From: Candidatus Magasanikiibacteriota bacterium
Lineage (GTDB): Bacteria; Patescibacteriota; Patescibacteriia; Magasanikbacterales; GWA2-37-8
Direction of reading: 5' to 3'
Length of the DNA stretch: 64,000 bases
Assembly (NCBI GenBank): GCA_963840935.1
Contig: CAWJAS010000001.1
Span: 706,790-770,789, forward strand
Positions within the stretch are counted from its first letter, which is position 1. The number at the start of each line of letters is the position of its first letter. Positions 58,853-64,000 of the stretch are shown here, one piece after another. The notes under the pieces are model-generated. The model was not told where the DNA came from and made no database searches. It worked only from the letters and a program-made list of their open reading frames with translations. The position numbers were made by a program, and so were the translations under genes.

Positions 58853-59845
58853 TCACTCACTGTTGACCGTGACCAGCAGCCCCATGCGATCCAGTTCGGG
58901 GAAGGGATGGTCCGCCAGGTTGGGATAGACGTGCGGACAGATGTTACTGGTCGGGTTGAGTTCCAGGGGAATCTGGCGCTCTTTGAGCAGGGCCAGCAAC
59001 TTCTCATCTTCAATGGCGCGCACACCGTGTCCAATGCGGTCGGCATGTAAGGTTGTCACCGCGCCCCAGATGCTGGCCGGTCCCACCGTTTCCCCGGCAT
59101 GAGGCACCGAGAGCAGACCAGCCGCTTTGGCGGTGCGAAAGACCTGGGCAAACGGCTCCGGCGGCGCACCAACTTCATAGCCGCCCAAGCCAAAGCCGAC
59201 CACCCCTTTGTCCTGACCGGCTAACGCATACGCCAGTGTCCGTTCAGCGGGATAAGCGTTGTAATATTCCTTGGTACGCAAACCCAACCGGCGTAATTGG
59301 GCGTCCACCACCCGCTTGACGCCACGCACCTTGCTCGACTTATGCCACGGTTTGAAACTGGTGTTGCGCGGAATGTCAAAAACCCAGCGCATTTCGACGC
59401 CAAAGTCCCGTTTTGCCTCGGCAAGGCGCGGCCAGTTTCTAACCCTTCAAAGAGCGCTTCTATCGTTAACCCTTTCTCCTGCGAAGTCAGTGTGGGTAAA
59501 AGGCGTAAAGGTCACCTTCGCGGTAGCGGATATTCTGCGCCGCCATATCCGCGCCACAGGCATGGACGATCAGCGCAAAATCTTCCGGCGTGCGCAAGAG
59601 ATCCGAAATCGTCCAGTAAATCTGGATAAAGTGCGGGAAATCGGTAAAGGTAAACCAACGGCGCAGGCCATCCAGATCGGTCGTGGCAGCTTACTCTTCC
59701 CGCCGGTGCCGGGGCGCGCCAGTTCCAGCAACGTCTCCGGTTGGATTGCGCCTTCCAAATGCACATGAATTTCCGCTTTGGGCATGGCCTGGATAAAATC
59801 ACGGGTTGAGGGCTGAAGGTTGAGTGGTACATTCATGGGATTCAT
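58853..59845 (-). pseudogene. add: Adenosine deaminase, disrupted by at least two frameshifts. High-GC region.
   Basis: The N-terminal fragment (59570..59845) has PKAEIHVHLEGAIQPETLLELAR. The C-terminal fragment (58853..59392) has GFGLGGYEVG, HAGE and LELNPTSN. The middle is out of frame. Confidence 0.6.
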
Positions 59846-60107
59846 CGTTGATCAAAATTTTGTTTGACGTGAATGGCAGGTAGAATGGTAAAGGAAGTGC
59901 CAGTTCAACGTTCGCTAAAGAATGGCTGAGAAAGAGAAAACCCTTCCTGTCAATGGAAGCAGTATGCTTTAAGCTTGCGAAATGCCCCCTGCGTATGATC
60001 TGGCCAGGCGATAACCGTTAGCTCACTTCAGAAATTCTAACCGAATTCATGTATATTGATCAAACTCAAACCGATTCGACGCAAACCATTCAACCGCTTG
60101 CATACAA

Positions 60108-61395
60108 GTGGAGTTGGGTAAGACGCGCAGAAGCGTTTTTTATCTACTGATGTTCACTATTGCTTTGATGTTGAGTGGTGGCAGCGCCCTGCCGGCCACG
60201 CAAGCCCGCGACCGCGGCATGGCGATGATTGTCGCCGGCTGGGGCTTTGATCTGCTCGGTTGGGAAGCGGAAGCGGTTGCGGCCAAATTACGTGCCCTAC
60301 TCAACCAACCCGCTGCTGGATTGACCTATACAGAAGCGGTCAGTCTGGTTCGCCAGTATCTGGATCACGCCCAGCAAATTCGTGAGCCTCGAGAAGGAGA
60401 TCAATCGTAGCTTTGCTGAAAATCAACACAAGGCCACATCAGAGATAAAACAACAGCAGGCCCAAATTACTGCATTACGGGCGCAACAACAGCAGAAACG
60501 CCCTACGGTTGAACAGATCATCGAAGGCCAGGTCACCTATGAATTGCAGCAAGAGGGGCTAGAATGGGCAAACTGGGCTTTCCCACCCGTTCAGTTTACC
60601 TTTGTCGAACCACCGCGGTAAATTGGTCGTCAGCCCGCGTGCGATAAAATCACCACGATGTATAGCCAAATGCTGGATGCCGAAATGAGCATTGACCAGC
60701 TTGAGCAAAGTGAAGCCGCTTATCGCCAACAGTACAATGTCAGTGCCTATATCGCCAATATCGGCGGGTTAGGCGCCTTCCCCACCATGGTGATTGACCG
60801 CGCTGGTCTCTCATGGATTTTGAGCACGGTCGCCCACGAGTGGTGTCATAACTATCTCTCGCTCTTTCCGCTGGGCCTCAACTATCTCACCAGCGCCGAT
60901 CTGACCACGATCAATGAAACCGTAGCCGAGATCGTCGGCAATGAGAGTCGGCGACCGCGCACTGCGTACCTTCTATCCCGATCAAGTGCCACCCCCGACG
61001 CCGCAAGAATCACCGGTCCAACCAGCGCCCAATGCGCCGACACCGTTTGACTTTTATCAAGAATGCGCGAAACCCGCCTGCGGGTCGATGGCTTACTAGC
61101 CGCCGGCCAAGTCGAAGCCGCCGAGCGCTATATGGAAGCCCGCCGTCAATTTTTTGTAGCGCATGGCTACCCCCTGCGCGTCCTTAACCAGGCATATTTT
61201 GCCTTTCACGGCAGCTATGGCACCAGTGCTGCCAGCACCAGCCCCATCGGCCCTAAGTTAGAAGAATTGCGCCGCTTGACGCCTGATCTCCACCTTTCTC
61301 CAGGTTGTACGCAGAATCACATCAGCCGAAGAACTCGACGCCATTCTAGCCGACTGGCAAAGGCGCTGATCGCTCCGGCCAGTTGCAATCACTAA
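60108..61395 (+). pseudogene. Fragmented membrane-anchored HExxH-type putative metallopeptidase. It comprises four consecutive ORFs in alternating frames.
   Basis: ORFs 60108-60410, 60382-60621, 60658-61050 and 61063-61395 abut or overlap. Present are VAHEWCHNY (HExxH) and an N-terminal TM/signal. GC is about 58%. Confidence 0.35.
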
Positions 61396-61423
61396 TCACC
61401 CGATCACCCAATACCGAATCGCT

Positions 61424-62161
61424 ATGCGCTTTTCTTTCACCACCCAACCGGCGACCTTCTTGGAGCGGCCCAATCGCTATCGCATTGTCGCTCAACTACA
61501 CGAAAATCAGCAGATCGTCAACGCCCACTGCCCTGACCCTGGCCGCCTGCGCGAGTTACTCATTCCCGGCGCCACCGTTCACCTGAGCAACGCCAGCCAC
61601 AATGAACGCAAAACGGCCTATGACCTGCGTTTTGTTGAACATCCAGAGCACGGTCAACTGGTCAGCCTCGACACCCGCATTCCCGATCAAATTTTCCAAG
61701 AGGGACTGGAAACCGGCTTTTTCAGCCCCTTCCGTGGCTACCACGCCATGCAACGCGAAGTCCCTCTCCCCCATCCACCAGCCGATGGCGGTGTCCATAG
61801 CCGGATTGACTACCGGCTGATCGATGCCAATGGACAGCCCTGTTGGATCGAAGTGAAGTCGGCCAGCCTGGTCGAAGAGCGCTGCGCCCGCTTCCCTGAT
61901 GCCGTCACGGCGCGTGGACGGCGCCATGTGCTGGAGCTAGCCGAAATGGCGCAACGTGGCGTGCGCACAGCCATTGTCTTTATCATCCAGCGCCCCGACG
62001 CCGACCTGCTGCGGCCCCAGTGGAGCACCGATCCGGATTTTGGGTATGCGTTAATAGCAGCCCAAGTTGCCGGGGTCGAGATTTATGCCTATACCTGTAT
62101 CCTCACCCTGGAACAGGTTACGCTAGAACGAGCAGTTTCGGTTGTTCTAACCATCGACTAA
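61424..62161 (+). CDS. sfsA: Sugar fermentation stimulation protein A (SfsA, nuclease-fold DNA-binding protein)
   Basis: 245 aa. The RPNRYRIVAQL start, the DLRFVEHPEHGQLVSLDTRIPDQIFQEGLETG run and the RIDYRLID...CWIEVKSASLVEE run are conserved SfsA blocks. Confidence 0.85.
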   Translation: MRFSFTTQPATFLERPNRYRIVAQLHENQQIVNAHCPDPGRLRELLIPGATVHLSNASHNERKTAYDLRFVEHPEHGQLVSLDTRIPDQIFQEGLETGFFSPFRGYHAMQREVPLPHPPADGGVHSRIDYRLIDANGQPCWIEVKSASLVEERCARFPDAVTARGRRHVLELAEMAQRGVRTAIVFIIQRPDADLLRPQWSTDPDFGYALIAAQVAGVEIYAYTCILTLEQVTLERAVSVVLTID

Positions 62162-62238
62162 CCAATTACCAACAAAACGCCAACATTTTCGCGCTTTACA
62201 AAAACGAACTCCTGTGCTATACTAGTATTGTCAGTCAA

Positions 62239-62649
62239 GGGGATGTCCGGTTTCGACGGGGCAGGAAGTGCTTTGATTGCAGGTCGTAGAGCGTGTGGCT
62301 ACGTAAAAAGACGCAAAACATATAAATGCCAACACAGGCAAATCCTTCAACTTCGGTTTCGCTAGCGCCCCTATGGCGGTTGCAGCCTAACTAAAAGTGG
62401 AAGATTGATCCTTTAACCAGGATCACGGCCCGTTCTAGTGTTACTCTCAGGCTAGACGCAAGCTGAAATATACTGCTGAGTTGCGGGGGCTAGACGCCGA
62501 TACGGCCCCTTAAGACACATCGGCTAGTTGGGCATAGGAATCTCGTCGCCGGAGTCCGCCAGCGAAACAACAAATGTGCAACTAAACCTGTAGACGTCTC
62601 TGTACAAGTGTTTCGGACGGACGCGGGTTCAATTCCCGCCATCTCCACC
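62239..62649 (+). ncRNA. ssrA: tmRNA (ssrA). The predicted tag peptide is ANTGKSFNFGFASAPMAVAA.
   Basis: The 5' end is GGGGATGTCCGGTTTCGACGGGG. The 3' tRNA-like end is GGACGCGGGTTCAATTCCCGCCATCTCCACC. An internal tag reading frame begins at GCCAAC and ends at ...GCGGTTGCAGCCTAA. Confidence 0.85.
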
Positions 62650-62656
62650 TATAAAA

Positions 62657-62690
62657 AGCGGCCCGGATATGATCCGGGCCGCTTTTTTAT
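62657..62690 (+). terminator. Rho-independent terminator after tmRNA
   Basis: AGCGGCCCGGAT-atg-ATCCGGGCCGCT, followed by TTTTTT. Confidence 0.7.
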
Positions 62691-63429
62691 TTATACTATA
62701 ATAATTCGTGCGTTAACAGAATTTCCTCTACTTCTGCCGCAAATTGCAGTAAAGGTCGGGGGGACATTCCCATTGGCAGAGGCGCATGTACATCAGTTTG
62801 GCCAAAGGGGTGGTAGTGCCAAACACCATAGTTCATAATCGCAGCCATAAAGTCTCCCCGCAGCACTTACTAAAGCAAGGCTTAACCGATTACTGCGCAA
62901 ACTCAAAAAAGTCTGGATGAACAAGTCATCGTTGATTTGCGATCCGTGGTCATTGTACGGTCAGTACGCTCAACAATCACGAATGAACGCACAAACCAGA
63001 ATGTATCGCTAACTTCAATTGCTTCAAGCAGTAACTGGTCAATTGTTGGCATGGCAAATCAGTTAGCTGCCGCTGGATTGTTTCAATACCGTCAACCGCC
63101 GTCTCCCAGGCCATCGCATCGATTCAACTTCCCAGCTATAGTTCTGCTGCTTGTCATATGCTGCTGCTCAAATTCGAGCAAAGGTCATTCCATATTTTTT
63201 CTGCAACTGCCGATCCGTCAAGCTGACCACGCTAAGCGGCGACGAATGTCAGTGGAGCAGGCTACTCAATTTTTGGTCAATTTCGGTAGCCTGTCCAATG
63301 ATCGATTGTTTAAATGCTGGGCAATATTGTCAGAAATCTGAATTGTCACACTCATAGTTCCTCCACACCAACGTTTTCACGATTGATGATATTAACACCA
63401 GTATACGAGATGATTTCTATTTTGATTCA

Positions 63430-64000
63430 GCAAAAGTCGTTGCCCAGTCGTCTGTCTGACCGATCAAGCAGCCACAACCTCGCGAATGGCCTGGCTGATC
63501 CGCCCCACATTCGGGATCGAGCATCCTCCAAGGGCGGGCTATAGGCCACCAGGGCGCCACCCATGTTGACCCGTTTCACCGGTGCGTCGAGATAGTAAAT
63601 GCCCATGATCGGCGGCCAGCGACACAATATCACCACCCCAGCCCGCACCATGGGGCGCCTCTTCCACAATTACCAGACGGCTGGTCTTAGCAATCGAAGT
63701 CGAGTATGGTCTCTTCATCCAGCGGGACCATGCTGCGCAGATCGATCACTTCCACGTCGATGCCTTCTTCGGCGAGCGCTTTTCAGCGGCTAGCGCACGG
63801 TGCATCATCAGTTGCGATCCACGACCACCGTTACATCTTTGCCCTGGCGGCGCACCTTGGCCTTGCCTAGTTCCATAGGACCGGTGTTGTCGGGGACATC
63901 TTCACTGATGTTATCGAGCCCCTTGTGTTCCAACACAAAGACCGGATTGTTCTCCCGAATCGCGCCACGCAGCAGCCCATAGGCGTCGGTCGGCGTGCCG
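63430..64000 (-). pseudogene. 2-oxoacid dehydrogenase E1 beta / transketolase C-terminal-domain gene fragment with several frameshifts. It runs off the right edge.
   Basis: The reverse-strand translation contains ...GTPTDAYGLLRGAIRENNPVFVLEHK..., ...EEGIDVEVIDLRSMVPLDEE... and ...VEEAPHGAGWGG... in different frames. Confidence 0.45.

Noticed and set aside
62700-63350. Small ORFs at the right end (62608..62838, 62937..63341, 63151..63357 and minus-strand fragments)
   Set aside because: They are fragmentary and change frame repeatedly in a region already shown to be frameshift-riddled. No recognisable family, so they are not annotated.

Overview
Most of this window (about 1 to 58,300) is low-GC (around 35-40%), gene-dense, mostly minus-strand DNA typical of a Candidate Phyla Radiation (Patescibacteria) genome. 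Core genes are folD, glyA, pyk, nrdR, ftsZ, ftsA, dgkA, ybeY, rpsU, hisS, lepB, trmD, rpsP, an unlinked 16S rRNA and three tRNAs. The accessory content has four parts. First, an ECF sigma / anti-sigma / large surface-protein operon. Second, a tandem pair of giant extracellular proteins of 711 and 3,746 aa with LamG, vWA and Myxococcus-type Cys-rich repeat domains. Third, a radical-SAM/GNAT Elp3-like gene carrying three in-frame palindromic repeat insertions. Fourth, a roughly 6.9 kb higher-GC island (18,512-25,424) that is a complete diversity-generating retroelement (DGR). This DGR contains a reverse transcriptase, Avd, an Asn-codon-rich template repeat, two inverted near-identical target genes with adenine-specifically diversified C-termini, and an unexplained 1,035-aa protein co-transcribed with the RT. 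The last about 5.7 kb (58.3-64 kb) has a sharply different composition (about 55-60% GC). It contains sfsA, a tmRNA and several frameshift-riddled genes (adenosine deaminase, a metallopeptidase-like gene, a PDH-E1beta/transketolase-like gene). At the composition junction the SMC gene loses its whole N-terminal head and is fused to a short PIN-like N-terminus. This is either a real recombination or insertion boundary or a chimeric assembly join. Three genes in the low-GC part (anti-sigma at about 4.2 kb, surface protein at about 6.95 kb, and the Elp3 inserts) need read-level checking.
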